From a virus (Duplodnaviria; Caudoviricetes), in IMG/VR virus record IMGVR_UViG_3300049783_001456, positions 1 to 61,632 of that record: a stretch of DNA of 61,632 bases. One strand, 5' to 3'. Of this stretch, positions 27,708-37,508 are shown piece after piece. The notes beneath the pieces are model-generated. The model was not told the DNA's origin. It worked only from the letters and a program-made list of their open reading frames with translations, and did not search any database. The number at the start of each line of letters is the position of its first letter. Position 1 is the stretch's first letter. A program made the position numbers and the translations under genes.

Positions 27708-29023
27708 AGCTGCGCGACTATCAGTTGCTGGCTCGGGACTTCCTCCGCAACCAGCCCCGAGGCGCTGGCTTGTTCCTCGATATGTCGCTGGGCAAGACCG
27801 CCATCTCGCTGTGCGCTCTCGAGCCTCGCCACCTGCCCGTCCTCGTGATCGCACCAAAGAGGGTCGCCGAGCGTGTATGGATTGCCGAGAGGGACAAGTG
27901 GAGGCCCGACCTGAGTATGGCTCTGGCTGTTGGCGACCCACCCAAACGGAAGGAAGCGGTCGCCGAGCAGGCCGACATCACGGTGAGCTCGAACCACCCT
28001 TCGTTCATTGCCGAACTGAAGCCGATCTACAAGACGGTCATCATCGACGAGAGCTCGGTGTTCCGGGAAAAGATGACCAAGCGTTGGAGAGCGGCACGCA
28101 AGCTGTGCGTCAAGGCCGACCACGTGTGGGCGTTGTCCGGCACGCCGGTACCGGCAGGGTTGCTCAACCTCTGGTCGCAGATGTTCCTCCTAGACGGTGG
28201 AGAGCGCCTCGGAACAACCTTGGGTGGCTACCGAGGCCGATACTTCTTCCCAGGAGCGACGCTTCCTTCTGGGGTGGTTACAGAGTGGATCCTCCGGGAA
28301 GAGTCGCAGGGGTCTATACACGCAAAGATCGAAGGCATCTGCCTCTACATGAGCGCTGCCGACGAGCTCGACCTTCCACCCACACACCACAACGTAGTTG
28401 ATGTGCCGCTGCCGGCAGCAGCCAAGAGCCAGTACAGGGAATTCAAGGATACGTTGGTGCTCGACCTGGAGTTGATCGGCGAAGAGATCTACAGCGCTGC
28501 CAATGCAGCCGTGTTGTCGGGGAAGCTCCGGCAAGTGACCTCAGGGTTCATTTACAGCGACGAGCAGGACGGAACGTACACACCGCTGCACACCGCCAAG
28601 CTAGACGCTCTCGAGGAGATCGTAGACGGCACTGGCGACAACCTGTTGGTGTTCTACAACTTCCGCCCTGAGATCGATATGATCCGGGAGCGGTTCCCAC
28701 AAGCCAAGATGATGGACGATAAGGGTGCACTCGACGCTTGGGACCGAGCCGAGCTCCCGATGATGTTGGCTCACCCTGCTTCCGTAGGTCACGGGCTCAA
28801 CCTTCAGTTCGGCGGGCACACTGCGGTGTGGTTCTCTCTAACCTGGGATCTTGAACTCTACCTGCAATCCAACGGCAGGCTCCCACGCCCAGGACAGAAG
28901 CATTCGGTCGTCATACATTCGATAGAGTGCCCAGGTACCGTCGACAAGATCGTCGCTCGAGCACTCGCCAACAAGGACTTCAACCAAACCAGTTTCCTCG
29001 ACCACGTAAGGAGCCCGATCTAG
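27704..29023 (+). CDS. SNF2-like SF2 helicase
   Basis: LRDYQ, LDMSLGKT, IIDESS, LSGTP, GHGLNLQ, QSNGRL. Confidence 0.9.
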   Translation: MKLRDYQLLARDFLRNQPRGAGLFLDMSLGKTAISLCALEPRHLPVLVIAPKRVAERVWIAERDKWRPDLSMALAVGDPPKRKEAVAEQADITVSSNHPSFIAELKPIYKTVIIDESSVFREKMTKRWRAARKLCVKADHVWALSGTPVPAGLLNLWSQMFLLDGGERLGTTLGGYRGRYFFPGATLPSGVVTEWILREESQGSIHAKIEGICLYMSAADELDLPPTHHNVVDVPLPAAAKSQYREFKDTLVLDLELIGEEIYSAANAAVLSGKLRQVTSGFIYSDEQDGTYTPLHTAKLDALEEIVDGTGDNLLVFYNFRPEIDMIRERFPQAKMMDDKGALDAWDRAELPMMLAHPASVGHGLNLQFGGHTAVWFSLTWDLELYLQSNGRLPRPGQKHSVVIHSIECPGTVDKIVARALANKDFNQTSFLDHVRSPI

Positions 29024-29025
29024 AT

Positions 29026-29475
29026 ATGCAGACTTTCCACACCCACGTAGACCCTCGAGCAGGGGCTGCTGCTCTCGACATGCGACGACTCAACAAGCAA
29101 ATCGTAGAGTGTGTACAGATAATTCGAACAGCAAGAGGCGAGACGGCAGGATACCGCAACCACCCAGCAGTAAAGATGTGGGTCGGTCACGAGCGTTCTT
29201 TGGCGGAGTACACACAGGCAATGATTGACGAGTGGTGGTCTCGAGGGTACGAGAGCCACACCGGTAGCGCACTCAAAGTCGCCGAGTACCTACAGGATCT
29301 CGAAGATACTGGTTGGCCTGCTTGGTGGGGGTACCCAACTATGGTCCAGAGCCACCAGTCCAACTTGGTTCGCAAAGAACCAGAACACTACGGTCCGCTC
29401 TTCCCAGGTGTACCTGACGATCTCCCGTATTTCTGGCCCACCAAGGAACCAAGTTTCGAGGTGTCAGGCAGATGA
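29026..29475 (+). CDS. Pyrimidine-dimer DNA glycosylase (DenV/MSMEG_6728-like)
   Basis: MQTF...LDMRRLNKQIVECVQI...YRNHPAVKMW...SHQSNLVRKEPEHY. Confidence 0.85.
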   Translation: MQTFHTHVDPRAGAAALDMRRLNKQIVECVQIIRTARGETAGYRNHPAVKMWVGHERSLAEYTQAMIDEWWSRGYESHTGSALKVAEYLQDLEDTGWPAWWGYPTMVQSHQSNLVRKEPEHYGPLFPGVPDDLPYFWPTKEPSFEVSGR

Positions 29476-29583
29476 CTCTCTACTGTATGGACTGCAACCA
29501 GCCAAGCGAGCAAGAATCGTTCACTGGTTGGACCTGCCCGAACTGCCACACAGAACAGATAGAACCGTTCAGAGCAGGGTGGG

Positions 29584-30231
29584 ATGAAAGTGACTGAGCC
29601 AGGACCACCGAGGCGGATCTACGGGTTCACCCCGTGGGGGAGACCGATATTCGAGGACCCAACAGCAGAACCCAAGGAGCCCAGGATGATCGGACGACAC
29701 CCGTTCCAACCATCGCAGGAGTACCCGATGATATGTGGCGTCTGCAACAAAACGATGGCGCGGCACACCTACGACGAATCTCAGGAGCCGACTCGCCCGA
29801 CCGTAGATACGAGGCCTGACACCGGCACAGGTGACCCAATCCCCTGGATCCGCCACCGACCGACAGTCGATGAGTATTACCTCGGGATCGCCCGAGCAGT
29901 AGCAGCTCGAGCTGAGTGCAGTCGTAGGCAGGTTGGCGCTGTCATCGTCCGGGACCAGTCCATCATGTCTACAGGTTTCAACGGTGCGCCTCCAGGAGAG
30001 CCGAGCTGTCTAGACGGCGCATGCCCAAGGGCACTCAGCGGTGTAGCACCTGGCACTGGATACGCTTCTAGCGGCTGCGTGGCTGTGCACGCTGAAGCCA
30101 ACGCCATCATCCGTGCAGGACGCGAGAGGTGCCTTGGAGCGACGCTCTACGTCACCTCCGAGTGCTGCGACCTGTGCGCCCCGTTGGTGCGTGCTGCTGG
30201 GATAACTAGGGTGGTGACACCTTTGGGGTAG
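29584..30231 (+). CDS. dCMP deaminase with an N-terminal extension
   Basis: CSRRQVGAVI, GFNGAP, HAEANAI, CCDLC. Confidence 0.9.
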   Translation: MKVTEPGPPRRIYGFTPWGRPIFEDPTAEPKEPRMIGRHPFQPSQEYPMICGVCNKTMARHTYDESQEPTRPTVDTRPDTGTGDPIPWIRHRPTVDEYYLGIARAVAARAECSRRQVGAVIVRDQSIMSTGFNGAPPGEPSCLDGACPRALSGVAPGTGYASSGCVAVHAEANAIIRAGRERCLGATLYVTSECCDLCAPLVRAAGITRVVTPLG

Positions 30232-30309
30232 CGTAATCGAATTCTTTGGGGTACTATGAGTTTCCGAAACAACGTACACACGTAAACCAGAACCAACAGG
30301 AGAAACAAA

Positions 30310-30744
30310 ATGCAGATCACGATCGACACCAACAACCTCTCGGAGATGGACATCAACATGCTGTCCTTCCTCGCCGACCAGGGTGAGGTGCAGAACAATG
30401 TCGAACCCGATGAGGAAGAGCTCGAGCTCGAGATTGACGAAGACGACACTGTCGACCGAGCAGATGAAGCTGCAGCCGCCAAGAAGGAAGCAGCCGCTGC
30501 CAAGAAGGCTGCTGCCGCCAAGAAGGAAGCTGCCAAGAAGGCTGAAGAAGCGACCGAGGAAGAAGCGACCGACGACGATGCACCGACCATGTCGGATGCA
30601 GTTGCTGCCGCCACGAAGCTCGTGTCAAGCGGGCAGGCTGCCCTGGTCAAGACAGCACTAGCCAAAGTCGAAGTGAAGCGAGTTAGCGAGATGGACGTTG
30701 CGGACATTCCGACGTTCCTCGCAGCTCTCGAAGAAGGTGAATGA
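30310..30744 (+). CDS. Acidic, Ala/Lys-rich protein of the PolA-Cas4-SSB module
   Basis: AGGAG RBS; directly upstream of the DUF2800-like gene. Confidence 0.7.
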   Translation: MQITIDTNNLSEMDINMLSFLADQGEVQNNVEPDEEELELEIDEDDTVDRADEAAAAKKEAAAAKKAAAAKKEAAKKAEEATEEEATDDDAPTMSDAVAAATKLVSSGQAALVKTALAKVEVKRVSEMDVADIPTFLAALEEGE

Positions 30745-31898
30745 GCGTGGCTGCCCACGCAAAGCTGAGCCCAAGCTCGGCTGAACGATGGATAAGTTGC
30801 CCTGCATCTATCCGGATGACGGAGGCAGCTCCCCCTGACGAGGGTTCCAGCTACGCCAACGAAGGTACTGCAGCCCACGAGATGGCCGAGCTGATGGCTC
30901 GGGAGCAGATCCTCGGCAGCATCACCAAGGCCCAGAAGACCAAGGCGCTCAAGGTTTGGCGGAAGCAGTACGACATCTCCGAAGAGGCCGAAGAAGATAT
31001 GGTCGTTCACGGACAGGGATATGTCGACTACCTGAAAGAACGGATGCTCGAGCACCCCGGTTCGGTCCTCCTCTTAGAGCAGCGCCTGCCGACAGGTATC
31101 AAGGATTCATGGGGCACCTCCGACTCGGTCATAGTGTCTTTCGACTACATCGAATCTTGCGACTACAAGTACGGTGCGGGAGTCAAGGTGGAAGCCGAAC
31201 GCAACCCACAGACCAGGCTGTATGGCGTAGGTGCTCTGGAAGCCTACGGAGATCTCCTTGGAGACGTCCAAATGGTGAGGCTCACCGTGTACCAGCCTCG
31301 CCTCAACCACGTCGTCTGGGAGGAGATCCCCGCGTCTGAGTTACGGGAATGGCGGGACAGCCTGATCCCCATAGCAGAATCTGCTCTTGGGCCAGACGCA
31401 CCTTTCGGTCCGAGTGATTCTGCTTGCCGTTGGTGTCCCGCTTCTGGTTCTTGCATGGCCCAGATGGAGTGGGCTACCGAGCGTGACTTCGGTGTGAAGC
31501 CAGACTTCATGTCGGAGGACGAGCTCGCCAAGTCGCTGGACGATATCCCACTCATAAAGAAGTGGTGTGCAGCGGTTGAATCCCACGCCTTGGACGCTGT
31601 GTATTCGAAGGGCCAAGAGATCCCTGGTTACAAGGTGGTCATGTCCGGAGGTAAGAGGTCAGTAACAGACTCCGAAGGCCTCATCAATACCGCAATCGCT
31701 ATCGGGTACACTCGTGACGAAGTGTCAAACACGAAGGCACGTGGGATAGGTGAGCTCGAGAAGATACTCAAGAAGGACTTCGGCTTGGTCGCTGGACCGT
31801 TCGTAACCAAGGGAACCGGCAGCCCATCGCTCGTCCCTGAATCGGACCGCCGCACAGCCATCAACCCCGAGACCCAGGCAGCGGAGGACTTCGCATGA
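30741..31898 (+). CDS. Cas4/RecB-like exonuclease (DUF2800-like)
   Basis: HAKLSPSSAERWISCP, EGTAAH, GTSD, DYKYG, CRWCP..C. Confidence 0.88.
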   Translation: MSVAAHAKLSPSSAERWISCPASIRMTEAAPPDEGSSYANEGTAAHEMAELMAREQILGSITKAQKTKALKVWRKQYDISEEAEEDMVVHGQGYVDYLKERMLEHPGSVLLLEQRLPTGIKDSWGTSDSVIVSFDYIESCDYKYGAGVKVEAERNPQTRLYGVGALEAYGDLLGDVQMVRLTVYQPRLNHVVWEEIPASELREWRDSLIPIAESALGPDAPFGPSDSACRWCPASGSCMAQMEWATERDFGVKPDFMSEDELAKSLDDIPLIKKWCAAVESHALDAVYSKGQEIPGYKVVMSGGKRSVTDSEGLINTAIAIGYTRDEVSNTKARGIGELEKILKKDFGLVAGPFVTKGTGSPSLVPESDRRTAINPETQAAEDFA

Positions 31899-32419
31899 AC
31901 CACTTCGTGCAAACACAATCAGGTGAGCCGTTCTTCCCAACGCACCAGAACCCTGGCCAAGTGTTCATTGAAGACATCGCTCATAGCCTTGCCATGCAAT
32001 GCCGCTTCAACGGCCACACCGACAGGTTCTACAGCGTTGCCGAGCACTGCGTGTTACTATCACATGCGGTGTCGCCAAGGAACGCTCCGTGGGCACTGCT
32101 GCATGACGCAGCTGAGGCCTACATCGGGGACATGGTGTTTCCTCTCAAAGAGGAGATCCCCCAGTACAAGCAGATTGAAGACCCTATCATGGGTGTCATC
32201 TGCGCAAGGTTTGGGCTGGAAACCAACCAGCCCGAAGAGGTTACAGAGTACGACCGCAGGATTGTCATTGACGAGCGAGATGCGTTGATGGCAGCGACCC
32301 GTACTGTGTGGCCAGCCCTTGAGGGTTTCGACCCCCTGGGTGTCAACATTGTCGGTTGGAGCCCAGACTGGGCGAAGGCCGAATTCATGAGCCGGTTCCA
32401 CCAGCTCTTCACACGTTAA
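31895..32419 (+). CDS. HD-domain 5'-deoxynucleotidase-like phosphohydrolase
   Basis: IEDIAHSL...CRFNGH...YSVAEH...LLHDAAEAYIGD. Confidence 0.85.
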   Translation: MNHFVQTQSGEPFFPTHQNPGQVFIEDIAHSLAMQCRFNGHTDRFYSVAEHCVLLSHAVSPRNAPWALLHDAAEAYIGDMVFPLKEEIPQYKQIEDPIMGVICARFGLETNQPEEVTEYDRRIVIDERDALMAATRTVWPALEGFDPLGVNIVGWSPDWAKAEFMSRFHQLFTR

Positions 32420-32442
32420 CAACGAGAAACGAGAAACACGAA

Positions 32443-32994
32443 ATGCCTAAGAACCCCACCCGCACAGTGACCGGCAAGGTGCGACTGTCTTACGTCCATC
32501 TCTTTGAGGCGTACACAAGCGACTCCGAAGAGTACGACGCAAAGTTCAGCGTCACCATCTTGATCCCCAAGAAGGACAAGGCCACGCTGAAGAAGATCGA
32601 CGACTGCATCGAAGCTGCCAAGCTGGAAGGCAAGGCGTCGAAGTGGAGCGGGAAGATCCCGAAGAACTTCGCCACCACCATGCACGACGGCGACGAGGAA
32701 GCCGACCTGGAGCGCAACCCGGAATACGCTGGCCACATGTACATGGCGATGTCTTCCAAGCAGCGCCCAGGTGTCGTCGACGAAGACCGCAACACAATCC
32801 TGGACCCGACGGAGGTGTACTCCGGCTGCTACGGTCGGGTGTCGATCAACGCTTTCCCGTTCAGCGCCAAGGGTAACAACGGGGTCAGCTTCGGCTTGAA
32901 CAACGTGCAGTTCCTCGAGGACGGTGACCCGCTGGGTGGCCGTACACGAGCAGAGGACGACTTCGCCGAAGACGACGACGACGGACTCCTCTAG
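32443..32994 (+). CDS. Single-stranded DNA-binding protein (DUF2815-like)
   Basis: VRLSYVHLF, VYSGCYGRVSI, GVSFGLNNVQ, acidic C-terminal tail. Confidence 0.88.
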   Translation: MPKNPTRTVTGKVRLSYVHLFEAYTSDSEEYDAKFSVTILIPKKDKATLKKIDDCIEAAKLEGKASKWSGKIPKNFATTMHDGDEEADLERNPEYAGHMYMAMSSKQRPGVVDEDRNTILDPTEVYSGCYGRVSINAFPFSAKGNNGVSFGLNNVQFLEDGDPLGGRTRAEDDFAEDDDDGLL

Positions 32995-33030
32995 CAATAT
33001 CTAGGTGTACCGTCGTCGGTGCATCTTGGA

Positions 33031-33084
33031 GGGTGGCCCGACGGTATGGGCTGATCATGCGAGGTTCGAGTCCTCGCCCACCCA
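33031..33084 (+). ncRNA. Anticodon-less tRNA-like element 1
   Basis: GGGTGG/CCACCC acceptor-like stem plus A; T arm CGAGG-TTCGAGT-CCTCG; one short internal hairpin. Confidence 0.5.
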
Positions 33085-33106
33085 CTCACTCAACAAGGAG
33101 AGACAA

Positions 33107-33355
33107 ATGATAGACACACGTGACGTGCTTGAAGCCATAGGGCAAGACCCCGAGCTGCACGCAGCTTACGAAAGCAATACCGAGTTTCGCAACCTGATGA
33201 CACACGTCACCCAGGCAACGAACGGTATCAAGGCGATTCAGATTCTGTGTCGCGGTTACTTGGAACTGGCTGATGAAGTACCAAATGTCTGCGGGGCACC
33301 GCTGTCGCTGGACCCCGCAGACAAGCCTGAACCGAACGACCCCCTACACCCCTAG
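33107..33355 (+). CDS. Hypothetical protein
   Basis: AAGGAG RBS before ATG 33107. Confidence 0.65.
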   Translation: MIDTRDVLEAIGQDPELHAAYESNTEFRNLMTHVTQATNGIKAIQILCRGYLELADEVPNVCGAPLSLDPADKPEPNDPLHP

Positions 33356-33357
33356 AG

Positions 33358-33450
33358 AAATACTTCCTGGTTGGGGTAGCTTTCCAGCAACCCACCCGCT
33401 ATCATGATGTACATAGCCAACGGGGCTATCACCTACCAAGGAGAACCGCA
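33358..33450 (+). promoter_or_regulatory. Composite promoter-hairpin-RBS element
   Basis: Near-consensus copy. Confidence 0.85.
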
Positions 33451-33831
33451 ATGACGAACACCTACCGCACACACGGAAGCCTCACCGGCGATGTTAACGA
33501 CTTCGAAACGGCGAGAGACTACCTCCGTGAAAGCGACATGACGCAGTACGTCAAGCATGCTTCCTTCAAGGGTCTCGAGGACATCGTCCACAACATCCAG
33601 TGGAACCTTCTGGGGGTAGACACCTGGGAAGTCATCGTCATTACCAACCGGGAGCTGACGGCAGAAGAATCCACCGGGGTCAGCGAGTGGATCTCCGGCC
33701 AGAACAGCGACGGCTTGGGTGAGGGGTTCGAGCAGCAAGAGTTCGCCGAGCACGAGGACCTCGACGGGGAATACTCGATGAGCTCGTTCGACTGGCACAC
33801 CAACAAAGCCATCTTGACCCTCGTCAAGTAA
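33451..33831 (+). CDS. Hypothetical protein with a WISGQNSDGLGEGFEQ motif
   Basis: Cassette inserted before PolA; ATG after the element. Confidence 0.7.
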   Translation: MTNTYRTHGSLTGDVNDFETARDYLRESDMTQYVKHASFKGLEDIVHNIQWNLLGVDTWEVIVITNRELTAEESTGVSEWISGQNSDGLGEGFEQQEFAEHEDLDGEYSMSSFDWHTNKAILTLVK

Positions 33832-33841
33832 CGCAACTATC

Positions 33842-33871
33842 CGGGGCAGGGGCCATAGCGCTCCTGCCCCG
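33842..33871 (+). terminator. Hairpin closing the cassette before PolA
   Basis: CGGGGCAGG...CCTGCCCCG. Confidence 0.45.
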
Positions 33872-33884
33872 TAGAAAGAACTAC

Positions 33885-35720
33885 GTGACAGACTTCCTCT
33901 ACATAGACATCGAGACCCGTTCCCGGGCGGACCTCAAGAGGCTGGGTGTGTACAAGTACACCGAGTGTCCCGACTTCTCCATCTTGATGGCTGCCTGGTC
34001 GGAGGATGGGGAGCCTGCGAAGATTGCTGTCGGCCACGACGAGATACTTGATATCCCTGGGCTGCTCGACCCACAGCAAACCAAGGTGGCTCACAACGCA
34101 CAGTTCGAGCGGCTGTGCTTGGGTGTACTCGTGGAGTCGCTCCAGGTTCCCGAGCAGTGGATAGACACGCAAGCACTTGCAGCAGAGTATGGGTTCCCTG
34201 TGAGCCTCAGCGCAGCCGCCAAGGCACTTGGGGTCACCGAGAAGGACGACGCTGGGGGCAAACTGATCCGGTTGTTCTGCATCCCTAAGAAGGATGGCAC
34301 CTGGAACGACTTCACCACCCACCCTATGGAGTGGCTCGACTTCATCGCATATTGCGAGCAGGATGTAGACACGATGGTGGAGGTACACCAGAAGCTGGGT
34401 GATTGGCCCAGTGAAGCAGAGCGCAAGGTGTGGAACGCTGACCAGCGTATCAACGACCGGGGGATGTCTATCGACCGGGAGCTGTGTATCGTCGCAGCGG
34501 AGACCGTCGAGGTCAACCGGATATCAGATAGCGCAGAGTTCCGCTTGTTGACTGACGTAGACAACCCACGCTCGGTTCAGCAGGTGAAGCGCTGGTCGGA
34601 GGAGGTCGGCCTGGACCTTCCGAACCTCAAAGCAGAGACCATCCAAGAAGCTATCGACGACCCCGATACCGACCCCGTCCACCGACGTGTGCTCGAGCTA
34701 CGGCAAGATCTTTCCCTGGCTGCTGGTGGTAAGTTCTCGGCAGCACTCGCCATCGTGTCGCCGGATGACCGCATACGTGGCGGGTTCCGCTTCTTCGGGG
34801 CTCATACAGGTCGCTGGTCAGGGCAACGAGTACAGCCGCAGAACCTCCCTCGAGCAAGCGTGGACAATACGGAGGCAGCCATCCTCGACCTCAAGATGGG
34901 TATGGGTGCTGACCCGTACACGCTCAAGGCTCTCGTTCGGGCGATGTTTGTCGGGCCGATTTCGGTCGTTGACTACGCATCCATCGAAGCTCGAGTGGTG
35001 TCTTGGATTGCTAACGAGGAGTGGGCGCTGGAAGCCTTCCGAGAGGGTCGTGATATCTACGTAGAGACGGCCAACCGTATGTCTACTCCCAGCAACCAGT
35101 TGACCCGTTTCCAAGGCAAGGTGGCCGTCCTAGCGCTTGGCTACAACGGAGGTGTTACTGCGCTCCGGGCGATGGGTGCAGAAGGAGACAACGATGACCT
35201 CCGGCGGCTGGTGAACGTGTGGCGCAAGGCCAACGCTCGGATCGTCAATCTGTGGTCGACGATGGAGGGTGCGATCGAGGACGGAGGCAAGGTCGGCCCA
35301 CACGTCAAGATCACCCGTCGTGGTTCCGACATGAAGATGCATTTGCCTTCCGGCAGGGCGATCCACTACCACGGAGTCAAGTGGGAGAAGTATGTTGTCG
35401 TGGACCCAGACACAGACAAGAAGCTACAGAAGCGAGGGTGGCGATACAGCGACCCCAAGCGTGGTGGGGCACGTATCGGCACCTACGGTGGACGCCTTGT
35501 GGAGAACGCCACTCAGGCTATAGCTCGGGACATCCTAGCGGAAGCGCTCGTGCGTCTGGACGAAGCTGGTTACCAAGTCACCGGCCACGTACACGACGAG
35601 GCCATCGTAGAGGGAACCGACCTCGAGGAGATCAACCGCATCATGACGCAGGTGCCCCGTTGGGGACGAGGCCTGCCTATCGACGGCGACGGATACGTCG
35701 CAGACAGGTACAAGAAATGA
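33885..35720 (+). CDS. polA: Family A DNA polymerase with a 3'-5' exonuclease domain
   Basis: DIETRS, AHNAQFE and YCEQDV exonuclease motifs; TGRWS; motif A DYASIEARV; motif B RFQGK..LGY; motif C HVHDE. Confidence 0.92.
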   Translation: MTDFLYIDIETRSRADLKRLGVYKYTECPDFSILMAAWSEDGEPAKIAVGHDEILDIPGLLDPQQTKVAHNAQFERLCLGVLVESLQVPEQWIDTQALAAEYGFPVSLSAAAKALGVTEKDDAGGKLIRLFCIPKKDGTWNDFTTHPMEWLDFIAYCEQDVDTMVEVHQKLGDWPSEAERKVWNADQRINDRGMSIDRELCIVAAETVEVNRISDSAEFRLLTDVDNPRSVQQVKRWSEEVGLDLPNLKAETIQEAIDDPDTDPVHRRVLELRQDLSLAAGGKFSAALAIVSPDDRIRGGFRFFGAHTGRWSGQRVQPQNLPRASVDNTEAAILDLKMGMGADPYTLKALVRAMFVGPISVVDYASIEARVVSWIANEEWALEAFREGRDIYVETANRMSTPSNQLTRFQGKVAVLALGYNGGVTALRAMGAEGDNDDLRRLVNVWRKANARIVNLWSTMEGAIEDGGKVGPHVKITRRGSDMKMHLPSGRAIHYHGVKWEKYVVVDPDTDKKLQKRGWRYSDPKRGGARIGTYGGRLVENATQAIARDILAEALVRLDEAGYQVTGHVHDEAIVEGTDLEEINRIMTQVPRWGRGLPIDGDGYVADRYKK

Positions 35721-35781
35721 TTATCGAGAAACATCCTGGTTGGGGTAGTTTTGCAGGATGTGGTGGGGTATACTCATAACT

Positions 35782-35976
35782 ATGAGCTTCCCCACACGCA
35801 CCTACTCCACTAACGGCCACACGGTCGAAATCACCAAGACCGCTTGTGAAGCAGTACCGAGCCAGGCCAGCTACAAGGTCAAGGTCGACGGCCAATTCGC
35901 CGGTCAGCCTGGAACCTTGAAGCGTGCCAAGGAATTCGCAGCCCTGAAGATCCGCATGATCGAAGCAGCCGCATGA
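35782..35976 (+). CDS. Hypothetical protein, leaderless
   Basis: ACATCCTG..GGGGTAG..CAGGATGT, then TATACT-N7-ATG. Confidence 0.65.
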   Translation: MSFPTRTYSTNGHTVEITKTACEAVPSQASYKVKVDGQFAGQPGTLKRAKEFAALKIRMIEAAA

Positions 35977-36161
35977 ACGCCACACGCACCTGGGAAAAGA
36001 TCGAAGCTGGTCTGTACCAGTCAAGCGACGGAGTGCTGGTCGAATCCTGCCGCCACTACGGTGAACAACGTGAAGGTTGGTACAGCACCTATCCGGAAGA
36101 GCGCATCCCAGGTGGTTGGAATCTGACCCTCAAAAGCGCAAAGTTGGATGCCGGTGCGTAG
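35973..36161 (+). CDS. Small protein, paralog of the N-half of 24236..24580
   Basis: EKIEAGLYQSSDG..VES...GW..TY. Confidence 0.65.
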   Translation: MNATRTWEKIEAGLYQSSDGVLVESCRHYGEQREGWYSTYPEERIPGGWNLTLKSAKLDAGA

Positions 36162-36471
36162 CCAACTCAAGATCCGAAACTCAACGAAGAAGAACGGGAG
36201 CGTTCTATCGGAGGTCAAGTTTCCGCAGGGGTTGCCGTTCGAACATAGGAACCTGGGTAGGGTCTCCGTGAGCCGGGTTCGTATCTGGTCTCGTCCAGAT
36301 GGGAGGATGCACCTGGGTTCTATGAACATCGGAAACGGCAACGAACAGAAGTGGGTCGAGACTTCTCTGTTCGAATTCGACCCTCGGCAACTCATTGACG
36401 TCCTGGCCCCCCACGTACTCGAATCTGTAACTAAGTACAAGCCAGGTCATTTCGAAGGGAACGACGCATGA
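36148..36471 (+). CDS. Hypothetical protein
   Basis: Coupled to the downstream modification locus; start uncertain. Confidence 0.5.
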   Translation: MPVRSQLKIRNSTKKNGSVLSEVKFPQGLPFEHRNLGRVSVSRVRIWSRPDGRMHLGSMNIGNGNEQKWVETSLFEFDPRQLIDVLAPHVLESVTKYKPGHFEGNDA

Positions 36472-37508
36472 CTGATTGGCGACTCCCAGAGAACAAAGAG
36501 CACGCCTTCTTGGCTTTCTACTGGTTCCATCTCGAGCACCGCAGCCACCCAGGAATGGTGTACTCCTTCTTGCCGGCAATCGCCGACGCCTTCGACCTCG
36601 ACGACGACCAGCGTGCCTGGCTCGTGTGGCTGAACGGCAACACTCAGAACGCAGTGACTTCGCTGATGTTGCTCGAGGTTGCCCCGACGCCCAACGACTG
36701 GAAGAAGGCAGTCGACTTCTGGAACGAGAACTTCAAGAAGCTTGAGTGGGACACTGACCGTCGCCACCAGAAGTCCAAGTTCGGCGAGGCCACCGAGGCC
36801 TGGTTCATGGACTTCGGATACCGACCATCAACCGACTGGCTCAAAGCTGGCGCTCGAGGCTGGAGCCATACGTGGAAGCACGCCTTCAGCCAGCCGTACA
36901 TGGGCAGGCTCTCTAGCTGGTCGATGATCGAGTACGCACGTATCCTCCTGGGGCAAGATATCCCCGACTCCGACACGTGGATGCTCGAGGACAAGAGCGG
37001 TTCCAAGTCGCACCGGAATGGCATCGCCGTCGTCAAGGGATATGACGCCACTTACTGGGATGCCGACACCCCCGACTTGCTCGGCATAGTCGGCGAGCTC
37101 GAGGACTATGCAGACCACCTACTGGCTCGCGTCGACCACCCGGACGCCGGACGCCTCACCATGGAGTCGGCACTGTGTACGTTCAAGTCCTGGCACAAGC
37201 CGAACCGACGGTATCCGAACGTGTACGCCGACATGATGTACACCCGTATCAAGAAGGCAGAGGCTCGGTTCGACCGTACCTTCGACCTCCTCTGGGAGAC
37301 CCGAAAGTACGACCTCCCCGAGTACCTTCGACTCGAAGACCAGTCGACCGACCCAGGCGTTGCCGGGGTCAAACAGAACTGGTTCCTCGAGACTGGTGAG
37401 GTTCACTACCTCCACCACGTATCCGATCTCTTCGAGCCATCTGGCTTGGAGCTACAAATCATTGCTGGCGACAAGCTGGCCCCACGAAAGGACCAAACAT
37501 GGAGCTGA
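36468..37508 (+). CDS. Amino acid:DNA transferase (AADT, aGPT-Pplase2 family)
   Basis: WDTDRRHQK, MGRLSSWSMIEY, SKSHRNG, MESALCTFKSWHKPNRRYPNVYADM; clustered with 5hmU genes. Confidence 0.78.
   Translation: MTDWRLPENKEHAFLAFYWFHLEHRSHPGMVYSFLPAIADAFDLDDDQRAWLVWLNGNTQNAVTSLMLLEVAPTPNDWKKAVDFWNENFKKLEWDTDRRHQKSKFGEATEAWFMDFGYRPSTDWLKAGARGWSHTWKHAFSQPYMGRLSSWSMIEYARILLGQDIPDSDTWMLEDKSGSKSHRNGIAVVKGYDATYWDADTPDLLGIVGELEDYADHLLARVDHPDAGRLTMESALCTFKSWHKPNRRYPNVYADMMYTRIKKAEARFDRTFDLLWETRKYDLPEYLRLEDQSTDPGVAGVKQNWFLETGEVHYLHHVSDLFEPSGLELQIIAGDKLAPRKDQTWS

Noticed and set aside
33031-33084. Canonical tRNA gene or attP site (also 42914..42956)
   Set aside because: No anticodon arm and too short for a tRNA. 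No integrase was recognised, and an attP would not need the complementary 5' acceptor strand.
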